Origin: the human T2T-CHM13v2.0 reference genome, Homo sapiens
DNA length: 64,000 nucleotides
Direction: 5' to 3' (one strand)
Assembly: GCF_009914755.1 (NCBI RefSeq)
Contig: NC_060930.1
Notes under the pieces: generated by a model
What the model was told of the DNA's origin: nothing
Database searches by the model: none
What the model saw: only the letters and a program-made list of their open reading frames with translations
Translations under genes and position numbers: made by a program
Shown: positions 11,121 through 23,900 of the stretch, in pieces
How positions within the stretch are numbered: position 1 is the stretch's first letter
How the letters are laid out: each line of letters begins with the position of its first letter

Positions 11121-13636
11121 TGTATTAGGTTGTTCCGGCATTGCTATAAAGAAATACCTGAGACTGGGTCATTTATAAAGAAAAGAAGTTCATTTGGCTC
11201 ACACTTCTGCAGTCTGTACAGAAGCATGGTGCTGGCATCTACTCAGCTTCTGGTAAGGCTTCAGGGTGTTTACAATCATGGTGGAAGTTGAAGGGAAGGG
11301 GTAGCAGGCAGGTCACATGGATGGATGGCTAGAAGAGGAGCAAGAGAGAGAGTGGGGGGCGGGGGAGGTGCCACACACTTAAAAAATCATATCTCACAAG
11401 ATCTCATTCACTATTGTGAGGAAAGTACCAAGGGAATTGGCTAAACCATTCTTCAAAAATCCATCTCTATTAAACAATAATCTTCCAAGAGGCCCCACGT
11501 CGAACACTGGGGATTACAATTTGACATGAGATTATATGGGACACATATCCAAACTATATAATTTTATCTCTGGCCCCTCAAATCTCATTTTCTTCTCTCA
11601 CTGCAAAATACAATCATCCCCGACCAATAGTCTCCCAAAGCCTTAACTCATTCTAGCATTAACTCCAAAGTCCAAAGTCCACAGTCTCATCTGGAAATAA
11701 ATTCCTTCCACCTATGAGCCTGTAAAATCAAAAGAAGTTATTTACTTCCAAGACACAATGAGGGTATAGGCATTGGGTAAACATTACTGTTCCAAAAGGG
11801 AGAAATCAGCCAAAGGAAAGGAGCTAAGGCCCCATGTAAGTTGAAAACCCCACAGGGCAGTCATTAAATCTTAAGGTTCCAAAATAATCTTTCACTCTGT
11901 GTCCCATAACCTGGGAACATTGATATGAGGGGTGGGGTCCCAAGGAATTGGGCAGCTCTACCGTTGTGGTTTTGCAGGGTTCAGCCCTGGAGGCTGCTCT
12001 CACACATTGTTGAGTGCCTGCAGCTTTTCTAGGTGCAGGGTGGAAGCTGCCAGTGGATCTATCATTTTGGGGTCTGGAGGACAGTGGCCTCCTTCCCACA
12101 GCTCCACTAGGCAATGCCCCAGTGAGGAATCTGTGTGGGTGGGTCCTCCAAACACACATTTCCCCTCTGCACTGCCCTAATAGAGGTTCTCTGTTTGGGC
12201 TCTGCCACTGCAACAAGCTTCTGCCTGGGCACCCAGAATTTCCCATACATTCTCTGAAATCTAGGTGGAGGCTGCCAAGCCTCTTTAACTCTTGCACTCT
12301 GCATGGCTGCAGGCTTAACATCACATGAAAGGCACCAAGGCTTATGGCTTGTGCCCTCTGGAGTGGGAGCCTGATCTGCACCTGTGGCCTTTTAAGCCAC
12401 AGCTGGACCCAGAGCAGCCAAAATATAGGCAGCACTCTTCTGAGGCTGGCCAGGGCAGTGGGGCCCTGAGCCTGACCCAGGAAACCCTTCTTAACTCCTA
12501 GACATCTGGGCCTATGATGGGAAAGACTGTTGCAAGGGTCTCTGAAATGCCTTCAAGACCTTTTTCCCATTTTCTTGGCTATCAGCACGTAGCTTCTTTT
12601 TAGTTACGCAAATTTCTCTAGCAAGTGGTTTCTCCACAGCCTGCTTGAATTCCTCTCTCAAAAAAGCTGTTTCTTTCTTTGTCACATGGCTAGGCTGCAA
12701 ATTTTCCAAATTTTTATACTCTGCATCCCCTTTAAAGATAAGTTCCACTTTAAGTCATTTTTTTGTTCCCACATCTTTGAATAGGTTGGTAGAGGCAGCC
12801 AGGCTACATCTTGAATGTTTTACTGCTTAGATATTTCTTCCAGCAGATACACTACGTCATTACTCTCAGGTCCGTACTTCTACAGATCCCTAGGGCATGA
12901 AAAGAATGCAGCCAAGATCTTTGCTAAGGCATAACATGCATCACCTTTGATCCAGTCTCCAATACATTCCTCATTTCCATCTGAGACCTCATCAGCTTGG
13001 ACTTCACTGTTCATATCAGTATCAGCATTTTGGTCTCAACCATTTAACCAGTCACTAAGAAGTTTCAATCTTTCCTTCCTCTTCCTATCTTCTTCTGAGC
13101 AATCCAAACTCTTTGAACTTCTGCCCATTACCCAGTTCCCAAGTTGCTTCCACATTTTCTGGTATCCTTATAGCAATACCCCACTACTGGTGCCAATTTT
13201 CTGTATTAAGCTCTTGCATTGCTATAAAGCTCTTGCATTGCTATAAAGAAATACTTAAGACTGGGTAATTTATAAACAAAATAGGTTTAATAGGCTCACA
13301 GTTATACAGGTTGTACAGGAATCATGATGCTGGTGTCTTCTTGGATTCTGGGAGGGCTTCAGGAAGCTTGCAATAATGGTAGAAGGAGGAGAGAGGAGCA
13401 GGCATGTCACATGGCCAGAGAAGAGGGAGAGAGTGGAGCAGGGAGGTGCCACACACTTAAACAACCAGATCTCATGAGAACTCACTATTGTGAGGACAGC
13501 ACCAAGGGGACAGTGCCAAACCACTCACTAAAAAATGCATCCCTGTGATCCAGTCACCTCCTGCTAGGCCCATGTCCAACACTGGGGATTATAATTCATC
13601 GTGAGATTAGAGGGAACACATATCCAAACTATATCA
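11121..13636 (-). mobile_element. Full-length MST (MSTA/MSTB) MaLR: LTR-internal-LTR, sense to TRDN
   Basis: LTRs at 11121-11561 and 13202-13636 (tgtatta...ccaaactatatca); 1.6-kb internal region with a decayed MaLR ORF (11824..12435); 5-bp TSD CACCT (11116-11120 / 13637-13641). Confidence 0.9.
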
Positions 13637-14641
13637 CACCTTTATGCCAATAAACCCAAACAACAGAGTTCTATTTTCATAATTTTATATTGTATTTCTT
13701 CTTGAGGTCTGTGGCATAGCCATCTCCTGACACAAAGAATACACATTTGATTGCTGAATGAGTAAAATTCCATAATGAGAAATAGGAGAACCCTGAATAT
13801 GTAGAATGCAATTACTAGTATTTATAGTGTCTGGGTCCTACTGATTCTACTCCTGTTGGAGAAAGAAAAAAGGGGAGGGGAGAGTACATATGAGAGAACA
13901 CATTAAAAGATTAATGAAATGTTTCACTTATGGTAAAAAAGTGATAAGAATAAATTCACTCATCTAGTCATGTAACATTTACTCAGCACTTGGCTGATTC
14001 CTTTCCTTAGGGAGCTCACAGTCAATAGAGGGTGTCATATGTCAAAATAAATAAATACAGTTTAAAATATGTAAAATATCATTGAACAAAAAATGAACAA
14101 TTATATGTAATTTTGTGAAAAACTCTCTTTATTTTCAGGAACTCAAAATAGGATGGCCGGTGGCAGAAGCAAAGAGTTTGTCTGGCAAGGACACTTAGGA
14201 CCAGATGACAGCAGGGCTTAAAAATACTTTAAAATATTTTCCATTTGTCCAAAAGTGTTTTGATTGGTTTGGTTTTATATTGCCAAGTGTAAAACCTACA
14301 AATTATTCCTTATTAATGCTTGATAAAGTACCAGTTCCAAACGAAATCTTCACCCAAGCTTTTTAACTATTATCTTTATGAACTGCAACATTCAGGCTTT
14401 GTTCAGCTCTTGCAAATAAGGATATCAATTTCATTGGAAATCAATAAGTACCACCGACAAAGAAAGAGAATAGGAGGAAAAAGGGAAGAATGAAACAGAT
14501 TTCAGTGATCCTCAAGCACATTTGTGGGGTGTTTCTTCCTCACACTAAGATGAAACAGAAACCAAGCAGGAACTAGAGGGGACACTGTTTCTTTCCATTT
14601 GAATTAATTTTAATTTTAAAGCCAAATTTTATGGAACTTAC

Positions 14642-14851
14642 CTGAAAAGTTTTTGTAATCCACTAAATCAAACATAACGATGGCAACAGCTGACCACGTG
14701 ATTATCAGGGCAATGACCAGAAGCCAGGCTGCAGGGGAGCTGAACGTCGTCACTATGTCTTCTGTGACTGTCCTCTTCAGCACTTTTCCGGGGGATTTGG
14801 GCACAGATCCATTTTTGCTGTCTATCACAGTTGTGGTTGTAGATGCATTTC
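14642..14851 (-). CDS. TRDN: Triadin coding exon 2 (approx. residues 8-78: cytoplasmic N-terminus, transmembrane helix, start of luminal domain)
   Basis: Minus-strand translation (G)NASTTTTVIDSKNGSVPKSPGKVLKRTVTEDIVTTFSSPAAWLLVIALIITWSAVAIVMFDLVDYKNFS(A) matches triadin. Acceptor ...tttcctttctgaatgtttgattag|G at 14852/14851; donor CAG|gtaagt at 14642/14641. 210 nt, phase 1-1. Confidence 0.97.
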
Positions 14852-15206
14852 CTAATCAAACATTCAGAAAGGAAAATATAATTTAGAGATTCATGGTAAA
14901 TATTGATGATGAGAAACACTGACTATATGAGTGCTGAACCTGTTTATACTGCTTTCTAGAGCAGCACAACTCCTTAGTGGCAGGACAAAGCCTCCCTGCC
15001 CACTAACACATTATCTTTTCCTCAGCATTTACTATTCTCCCTAAAACTCGTGCGCTCATATAATCAGTGTTTCTCATCTCCTAAGTCCTCTGAGGGAGAA
15101 TCAACACAAGTGATAAAATGGTTCAAATGGATAAAACTTCTTCTGAATATTTTAACTTAATTGTATAATTGACCCATCTAGTGAGGTCATCTAATGAGGT
15201 CATTCA

Positions 15207-15242
15207 TGTTTTGTTTGTTTGTTTGTTTGTTTGTTTGTTTGT
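15207..15242. repeat. (GTTT)n microsatellite
   Basis: About 8 GTTT units. Confidence 0.9.
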
Positions 15243-15319
15243 AGGGGCACAGAAGATCTAAGATAATGATGTTAGAAAGTCTTACTATATCCAGTACCTC
15301 TTTTATTCCTGATTTTAAG

Positions 15320-16140
15320 AGTCCACATGTTCATGAGAGAAAATTCAAAAAATATAAAAATAAAATAAATAGATAAGCAGATAGTTTTAATCTCACCACC
15401 CAGAAATAACCACTGTTAATATTTTGCACGTATATTTCTGTACATACATATAAATATATAAATATGGTTTATCTGGTTTTGACAAGTCATTAGCACATTG
15501 TCTTTTACTTTTTTTTACTAGGCAATATATCAGAAGTGTGTTTTATTGCCATTCTGTATTTCTCAAAATACCATTTAAGTGGCTTCATGACATGTAATTT
15601 TATGGCTGTGCGTAATTTAATCAAAAACTTTTCTACCTTGGGATAGGGCAGAAATTTTCTCAGCACATATTATTATTTATTTCTTTAGGAGAAAGTCCTA
15701 AATATAGAATTCCTGGGACAAATAACATAATCACTTTTATAGCTTTGAGAATACATGCACGTATTTGAAAGTTAGTATCTTTTAAAAATTGTGCATGCCA
15801 GTAGTTTTGTTACCTTATCCTTGACAATACTATCAGTGATGTTTAAAATTTTTGCAATAAGAGAAGATTTGAATTTTATTTGCAATATTTGATTACTAGA
15901 AATGAGCTGTTTGTATGTTCGTTTTTCCTTGGTATTTCTTTTCTTGTGGATTTTTCCTCCATTTTTCTGTAAACCTCCTTTTGGTGGTTTCTAAAATTGC
16001 ATACATACACACATATGTAAGATAATAACACTTTAACCTTTATGTTGCCTTTTTTTGGTGACTCTTTACCTTTTCTTTTAATGCTATTTTAATATACAGA
16101 ACGTACATCTAACAATGGTGTAACTCATTCTTCTTCTATA
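15320..16140 (-). mobile_element. Ancient L1 (L1ME-like) 3' fragment
   Basis: aatctcaccacccagaaataaccactgttaatattttg motif and T-rich L1M-like body; boundaries approximate. Confidence 0.55.
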
Positions 16141-16829
16141 AAATTGATACTACTGTATGGCTAGAAAGCCTCCTGGATGGAGAGAAAACATGTCTCATTA
16201 TCTGGCTACACTTGACTCATAGAAAGTTAAATCTAGAAGTAACTGAGAGATCATCTGGAACAACTATTTCATGTTACATTTAAGAACAATTGCAGACCTA
16301 CTAGAAAATTAAAATCATGTTCATAGCACTTTAAATCCCAAATTATACAGATGTGAAGTAAGTAATTGAATACTTAAGGGAAAATAAAACTCTACCAATC
16401 CAAATATTTTTGCCAAAAGCAAAGTTAAAAAACATTTTTGTGTATTAAAATACAGACCATGTTGTCTATAATAATTTAAGAATTACATGCCAAGAAAGAA
16501 AACTTTGATTCAATATAAAATACATGATTACATTGTTTCAATTTTACTATTTATCTCAAAATTGCAACATCTCTATGTGATGGATACATAAGAAAATCTA
16601 AATTCTCAAATTTCTTTAACATTTTTCACAAAGTCAGTTTTACCCAACTGGAAAGAGTAGCTGTAGTTTCTTTTAGAATGTGTCCAATAATAATTGAAAG
16701 ATTTTAGCCTTTGTGCTCTTTGAAGACAGGGTGGAATTAAAGTGCTTCTTTCCATCAGTCTCTTGCTCTACCATCACAACTCTTCCTTTCAGGTATGTCT
16801 AGCTTTTCCATGGAAACAGTCAAGCAAAA

Positions 16830-17180
16830 AAGTTATGCTTTGGGCTTCATAGATAAGAGATTGGAATTAACTCCTGGCTTCTCTCTGCATTACCCAAATG
16901 GCTAGAAGGTCGCTATTACACTACATCTCTGAGTGAGAAGCATCTAGATCTGATGAATGAGATTGGTAAGACTCAATTTGCAGGTGTGTGATGGTGGAGA
17001 AATAACTCATGCAAATTGTTTGACACATTTCCTGGTACATGGTAGTCATTTAATAAATGACAATACAACAACTACTGAGCTATATCATAATCATTATTAT
17101 CATCACCACTATTTTCATTTATTACATCACCTTCATTGCTACCAGCACAACTATGACTCTCACTACAACTACAAATATCA
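16830..17180 (+). mobile_element. MIR fragment followed by CAT/CAC-rich low complexity
   Basis: cctggtacatggtagtcatttaataaatg MIR-like 3' end; His-rich spurious ORF 16957..17211. Confidence 0.5.
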
Positions 17181-18563
17181 CTCTAAGAAAAGGCTAGAAA
17201 GGCAGGATTAACCTCGGAAACAAAGGTGGAAGCACCAACTCTTCAATAAATGCAGGCATTTGTTTCCATTTAATAAGCACATACATTAGGCTAAGATATT
17301 TTCAGGGAATCAAAAAAGGATTCTCTGACTTCCTTGGTATCCTTTCCAATCAATTAATTGACTGCTTGTAATACAGGCAAAGAGGAACATACAGTATAAT
17401 TTATCCGTACAAGTAGAGGCTGTTTTATCCCATTAGCAAAATTAGAAAAGATGATCTATGGCAAATAGAGTTATTTCATCATGGTACAAACATTATCACT
17501 ATAACTGAATTCCTTAAATTAGAAAAATAATATTTGAACCCTTCAAACAGATATGTACACAGGATGCTTGTAGTATAAGTGCAGTTTATAAGATAATTTT
17601 TAAGTATTGGAGAAAGAAATAACACTGCCAGCAAAATTAAATACTTTAGTTAATAAAGTCTTACTCTTCTGGTTTCTTTAGTCATAAAATAATACTATCC
17701 TTCTCTTTACAAAAATGAGATAAATAACATGAAATTCTATGACTAATCAGGAAAGAAAATCAAATGCATTCAAGAGCACATACTAACAGGTGGTAACCAA
17801 ACAAAATTAGTTTTTTAGTTATTTTTTAGATAACAGTGATAAATTTAGCCCCATATTTTCAAAAAATTCAAAAGCTGATAAGGAACATCGGAGCAAAATA
17901 ATTTAATTAAGATGTTTAAATGGCTTTAGGTAGAAATTAACAATAGTGACAACAAATCTCTTTTCGGAAAAAAAACTGTGGAATACATATCCGAAGTTCT
18001 TGAACTTAACTTAGTGAAAATGATAGCAAGATAAAAAAAATACTTCTAAAACCCAGATTTCACAAACTGCACTTGAGGTGGTGCTCAAGAAGGAAAATTT
18101 TAAAAGGACTCATATAATATCTTCTCATTGATTATTGTGCCAAATTCACATCACTCCTAATGGTAGTTCTGAAAATGGATGAATGATAGGAGTGCTTTGA
18201 AATGCAATTTAAGACCCAAGTGGGGCTACAAGTGAATCAAACCTTTGGAATAATGATTTGCAGCAAAGTAAACCAATTATGAGTGTTTAGGACTGGCCCA
18301 CCTGAAAGTTGATATGTTGTAATCTGCAGTTTTTTAACCACTGGAAGCCTTCCTACTACCACTAAGCAGAGAACACAAGAATTTGCTTTTGCACTTCAGA
18401 TTCACTGTATTGAGTTGTATATTAGAGACTATTTCTGTAAACAGTATTACACATACCTGCTTTGTATACCGAAACTCAAGGAGTAATTTTACTGAGATTT
18501 GATATGAATGAGTTGAATCCTGGTCACATTGTAAAAAGGCTAAACATTTAAAACAGAACATGA

Positions 18564-18566
<3 letters not shown>

Positions 18567-18602
<36 letters not shown>
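18567..18602. repeat. (TA)n microsatellite
   Basis: About 18 TA units. Confidence 0.95.
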
Positions 18603-18609
<7 letters not shown>

Positions 18610-20262
18610 TTTCCTTTCTTTGATCAAAAAATTGAGAAAGTATAAATATTCAGAAATGCAAGCTCTGAGTTAAAAATGAATTTTACGTTTTCTAAACAAC
18701 TGACATAATATGAATTCTAAATTTGTATTCACTTAATGATCCTTCCAATCCAATTATGGTACAATTTTTAAATAGATGAAAATGATAAATTAATACTGTT
18801 ATGTTTTTCATTGTCCTTTTTTTAATCTTCACACCCTCAAAATTTCCACTTAAGAATTAATCATGACTCAAAGATACTGAAAATATGTTCTGAGTATACA
18901 ACCCCAAAGCTATAAGCAATTTGAAAGTAATCTGAAGGTCATCCTTCTTAAAGAAAATTATGTGTTGCCCTTGTTATGAAACACATTAAGTTGTACCTTT
19001 CAATTTCCATTCAAAATTACTGCAGAAGCCACACAGAGCCAAGAGGAATAAAATTGAGAGGGAATAAATTGCCTTCTCTGACAGCTGGTCAAGATAAATG
19101 CAAAGAACAGAGTATGTGATCTGAGATTATTTAATGTTTGAGAAGCACTTTAAAGATGACAAGAGCTAGTTATTGATATGGCAGAAAAAATGAGAGGTAA
19201 ATATTACCGAGCAATTTGACATGGGCTATGCCTCTTGAAAGTTGGTATCTCAGAATTGGAGCAGAGCAGCTAGGATATGTAAAGCACTTTCCAGGCCTGC
19301 TTTTTAATTCTATTCATTTTGATTTCATACAAAATTTTGATTGTCAGACAGAATCAGCCTCAAAAGAAGTAGGGATCTCACTTAATGGCCATGCGACTCT
19401 TTCCTATAGAGTAAAAGGAGGGATTGCTTATATAATGGATCTAAAGACTGGCTCTAGAGTCAGGTTATATGCAGAAGAATAAGCCATAAGCCTCCTGATA
19501 GAAGTCACTTAACCTCATGATGCCTTATCGATCAGATGAAGAAACTGCCAAGTGCACTTCCATATTATTATTCTTTATTTTTCCTGTGGGACACTGACAA
19601 TACAATCTCTTTCAGGATGCTCAAGGAAGACACCTACATTCTAGAATGGTATAAATGAAACATTGCATTCTCATTACATAAAAGCATTAATTATGATTTT
19701 GCATTTCACCCTGTGATGTGGTTTGTGTAGTACTCTTACACTGTATCTCTCTTTCAAGATGTGTAGAGCAAATGAGAGAAAGGAAGTATATACTACTGAT
19801 GGCATTATATGTGTTATTCCCAAATTACTTTAAGAACATAATTCCCAATCACATGAAAAAGTGACTCTTGCTATATTGTTTGTGTTCCAAAATACATGCA
19901 TGTAAATAAGAACTTCATAGAAATTCAAGTGGAAAGACATTTGGGCAGATAAAGCTCAAACATAATAAATTCATTATTTAACTTAAAATGTTTTTTACCA
20001 ATTCTAGTGTTTACAAAATGTAAACTAGTCTCTGGACACTTTTAATGAATGCCCTAAATTGCCACCTTTTCTCCCAGGTTTTTGGGATATGATTATCATA
20101 ATGCAACTTCAGAGGATGTTTTTGCCACTTAGTCTGTCTGCTGAGGTTGACATATGTATGGTTTTTCTTTTTTAATTTATTTTTATTTTATTTATCTATT
20201 TATTTTAACATTATCTGGCACTCCTTCCTACCTACCCACTCCATTCACTCTTCCATTGAGTG

Positions 20263-20435
20263 GAACGGATGAGGAGTCTCTCCCAGGCCGCTTTTATAAG
20301 GTCACTAATTCCATTCATGGGCTCCACCTTCCTGCCCTAATCACTCCCCAGTGGCCCCAACTCCTAATGCCATCACCTTAGGAATGAGGATTTCAATGTG
20401 TATTTTGGAGAGACACAAACATTCAGACCATAGCA
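20263..20435 (-). mobile_element. MLT1A-type LTR 5' fragment
   Basis: Ends ...acacaaacattcagaccatagca, the reverse complement of the MLT1A start. Confidence 0.8.
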
Positions 20436-20615
20436 ATGAAGGTCTACTGCCAGGAAAGGGAGGTCTGGGAAACAAGGGCTGGTTCCATTTCTAGTCCCAC
20501 CACTAGAAAAAGAAATTCACTTAATGGAACAGTGGATTGAGTGAAATTCACTTAATGGAACAGTGGATGGAGTGGGTGGCAATTTAGGGCTTTCATGAAA
20601 AGTGTCAGGAGACAT

Positions 20616-20688
20616 GTGACATCAGTTTACATATAACTCACCTGCACATGTACTGCCAAACTTAAAATAAAATAAAAAAAAAAGAAAA
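20616..20688 (+). mobile_element. L1PA (old) 3' terminus plus poly(A), inverted relative to its body
   Basis: gtgacatcagtttacatataactcacctgcacatgtac...cttaaaataaaataaaaaaaaaa matches the L1PA13-like terminal 70 nt. Confidence 0.85.
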
Positions 20689-20785
20689 TGCAAACTTCAT
20701 AAGGTAGGGGGAAAGTGAATTTACAGGAGTTAAAATAAGAAGGAACATTAGCACTGTTGAGAAGTAGGCTATCAAATCACAGCAA

Positions 20786-20905
20786 GTGCCTTCATTTGCT
20801 CAGGCTGCTTTGACAAAATACTATAAACTAGGTAGCTATCAACAAGAAACATTTATTTCTTACAGTTCTAGTGGCTTGGAAATTGCAAGGTCAAGGCAGA
20901 TTTCA
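20786..20905 (-). mobile_element. MLT1A-type LTR 3' fragment
   Basis: tcaggctgctttgacaaaatactataaactaggtagc...tttatttcttacagttctagtggc. Confidence 0.75.
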
Positions 20906-20907
20906 TT

Positions 20908-23900
20908 TCACGGGGGTTTGCTGTACAGGTTATTTCATCACCCCAGTACTAAGCTTCGTTACCCAACAATTATTTTTTTTCTGCTCCTGTCCCTCCTGCC
21001 ACCCTCCACCCTCAAGTAGGCCCCAGTGTCTGTTGTTCCCTTCTTTGCATTCATGAGTTGTCATCATTTAGTTCCCACTTATAAGTGAGAACATGCGATA
21101 TTTCATTTTCTGTTCCTGCATTAGCTTCCTAAAGATAATAGCCTGCAGCTCCATCCATGTTCCCACAAAAGACATGATCTTGTTCTTTTTATGGCTGCAT
21201 AGTATTCCATGGTGTATATGTACCACATTTTCTTTATTTAATCCGTCATTGGTGGGCATTTAGGTTGATTTCATGTCTTTGCTATTTGATAATGCTGCAA
21301 AACATTTGCGTGCATGTGTCTTTAAGGTAGAATAATTTCTATTTCTCTAAGCATAGACCCAGTATGGGATTGCTGGGTTGAATGAGTTCTGTTTTTAGTT
21401 CTTTGAGGAATCACCATACTGCTTTCCACAATAGTTGAACAAATTTATACTTCCACCAACAGTGTATAAGTGTTCCCTTTTCTTTGCGGCCTCACATCTG
21501 TTATTTTTTGACTTTTTAATGATAGCCATTCTGACTGGTGTGAGATAGTATCTCATTGTAATTTTCATTTGCATTTCTCTAAAGATCAGTGATATTGAGC
21601 TTTCTTCATGTGCTTGTTGGCTGCATGTATATCTCCTTTTGAAAAGTGTCTTTTCATGTCCTTTGCCCACTTCTTAATGGAGTTGTTTGTTGTCCTCTTG
21701 TAAATTTAAGTTATTTATAGATGCTGGATATTGGACCTTTGTCAGATACATAGTTTGCAAAATTTTCTTCCATTCTGTATGTTGTCTGTTCATTCTGGTG
21801 ATAGTTTCCTTTGCCGTGCAGAAGCTCTAAAGTTTAATTAGATCTTGTTTGTCAATTTTTACCTTTGTTGCTATTGCTTTTGGTATCTTTGTCATGAAAT
21901 CTTTGCCCATTCCTATGTCCAGGATGGTATTGCCTAGGTTGTTTTCCAGATTTTTTGTAGTTTTGGGTTTTACATTTAAGTCTTTAATCCATCTTGAGTT
22001 GATTTTTGTATAAGGTGTAAGGAAGTTGTCCAGTTTCAATCTTCTGCATATGGCTAGCCAGTTATCCCAGCATCATTTATTGAGTAGGGAGTCATGTGAC
22101 ATGAGTTTACATATAACTTCCCCATTGCTTGTTTTTGTCAGCTTTGTCGAAGATCAGAGGGTCGTAGGTATGGGGCCTTATTTTTGTGCCCTATATTCTG
22201 TTCCATTGGTCTATGTGACTGTTCTTGTATGAGTACCATGCTATTTCGCTCACTGTAGCCCTGTAGTATGGTTTGAAGTTGAGTAATGTAATGCCTCCAT
22301 CTTTTTCCTTTTTGCTTAGGATTGTCTTGGCTATTTGGGCCCTTATTTTGGTTTTATACATATTTTAAAATATTCTTCTAGTTCTGTGAAGAATGTCACT
22401 GGTAGTTTGATAGAAACAGCATTGAATCTATAAATTGCCTTGGGCAGTATGGCCATTTTAATGATATTATTTTTATCCGTGAGCATGGGATGTTTTTCTG
22501 TTTGTTTTGCCTTCTCTGTTTCCTTTGAGCAGTGTTCTGTAATTCTCATTGTAGAGATCTTTTACCTCCCTGGTTACGTGTACTCCTAGGTGGTTTTTTC
22601 GTGTGTGTGGCAATTGTGAATGTAATTGCCTTCCTGATTTGGCTGTCAGCTTGGCTGTTGTTGGTGTATAGGAATGCTACTGATTTTTGTACATTACTTT
22701 GTATTCTGACATTTTGCTGAAGTTGTTTATCAGCTTAAGGAGCTTTCAGGCCAAGACTATTGATATTTTTAAATATAGAATCATGTCATCTGCAAATAGA
22801 AATAGTTTGACTTTCTATCTTCCTATTTGGATGCCCTTTATTTCTTTCTCTTGCCTGGACAGGATTACCAATACTATGTTGAAGAAGAGTGGTAGGAGAG
22901 AGCATCATTTTCTTGTGCTGGTTTTCAAGGGAAATGCTTCCAGATTTTGCCCCATCAGTATGACGTTGGCTGTGGGTTTATCACAGATGGCTCTTATTAT
23001 TTTGAGGTATGTTCCTTCAATACCTAGTTTATTGAGAATTTTTAACATAAAGGAATGTTGAATTTTATCAGAACCTTTTTCTTCATCTATTGAGATAATC
23101 ATGTGGTTTTTATCTTTGGTTCCATTTATTTGATGAATCAAATTTATTGATTTGCATATGTTGAACCAACCTGGCATCACAGGGATGAAGACTACTTGAT
23201 AGTGATCGATTAGCTTTTTGATGTGCTGACGGATTTGGTTTGCAAGATTTTGTTGAGGATTTTTGCATCAATGTTTATCAATAACATTGGCATGCCATTT
23301 TCTTTTTTTGTTGTTGTGCCTCTGCCAAGTTTTGGTATGAGGATGATGCTGGCCTCATATAATGAGTTGGAGAGGAGTGCCTCTGATGTGGTTAGGCTCA
23401 ATGTCCCTACCCAAATCTCATCTTAAATTGTAATCCCTATAATCCCCACATGTCAAGAGAGAGACCAGGTGGAATTAATTGAATCATGGGGGCAGTTTCC
23501 CCCAGGCTGTTCTTGTGACGAGTGAGTTCTCACAAGACCTGATAGTTTTATAAGGGGCTCTGCCCCCTCCCTCACTCAGCACTTCTCCTTCTTGCTACCC
23601 TGAAAAGAAGGTGCCTTACTTTCCTTTCACCTTCCACCATGATTGTAACTTTCCTGAGGCCTCCCCAGCTATGCTGAACTGTGAGTCAATTAAACCTCTT
23701 TCCTTTATAAATTACACAGTCTCAGGCAGTTCTTTATAGCAGTATGAAAAGGAACTAATACACAATTTTAGAAGGAATGGTACCAGCTCTTCTTTGTATA
23801 TCAATTAATAATAGAATTCAGCTGTGAATCTATCTGGTCCCAGGCTTTTTTTGGTCAGTAGGGTACTTGTTACTGACCATTTCAGTCCATTTCAGAGCTC

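Larger units (their letters stand above)
1..14641 (-). other. TRDN: TRDN intron 2 (part)
   Basis: Begins with gtaagt after exon 2. The exon-3 peptide (ASSIAKIGSDPLKL...) was not found in the window. Confidence 0.85.

Noticed and set aside
11824-12435. 203-aa ORF (longest in the window)
   Set aside because: Internal region of the MST MaLR with a non-ATG start; a repeat remnant.
14616-14828. ORF-track boundaries for the triadin peptide
   Set aside because: The real unit is the spliced exon 14642-14851. The GTG start and the GKFHKIWL tail are artefacts of reading without splicing.
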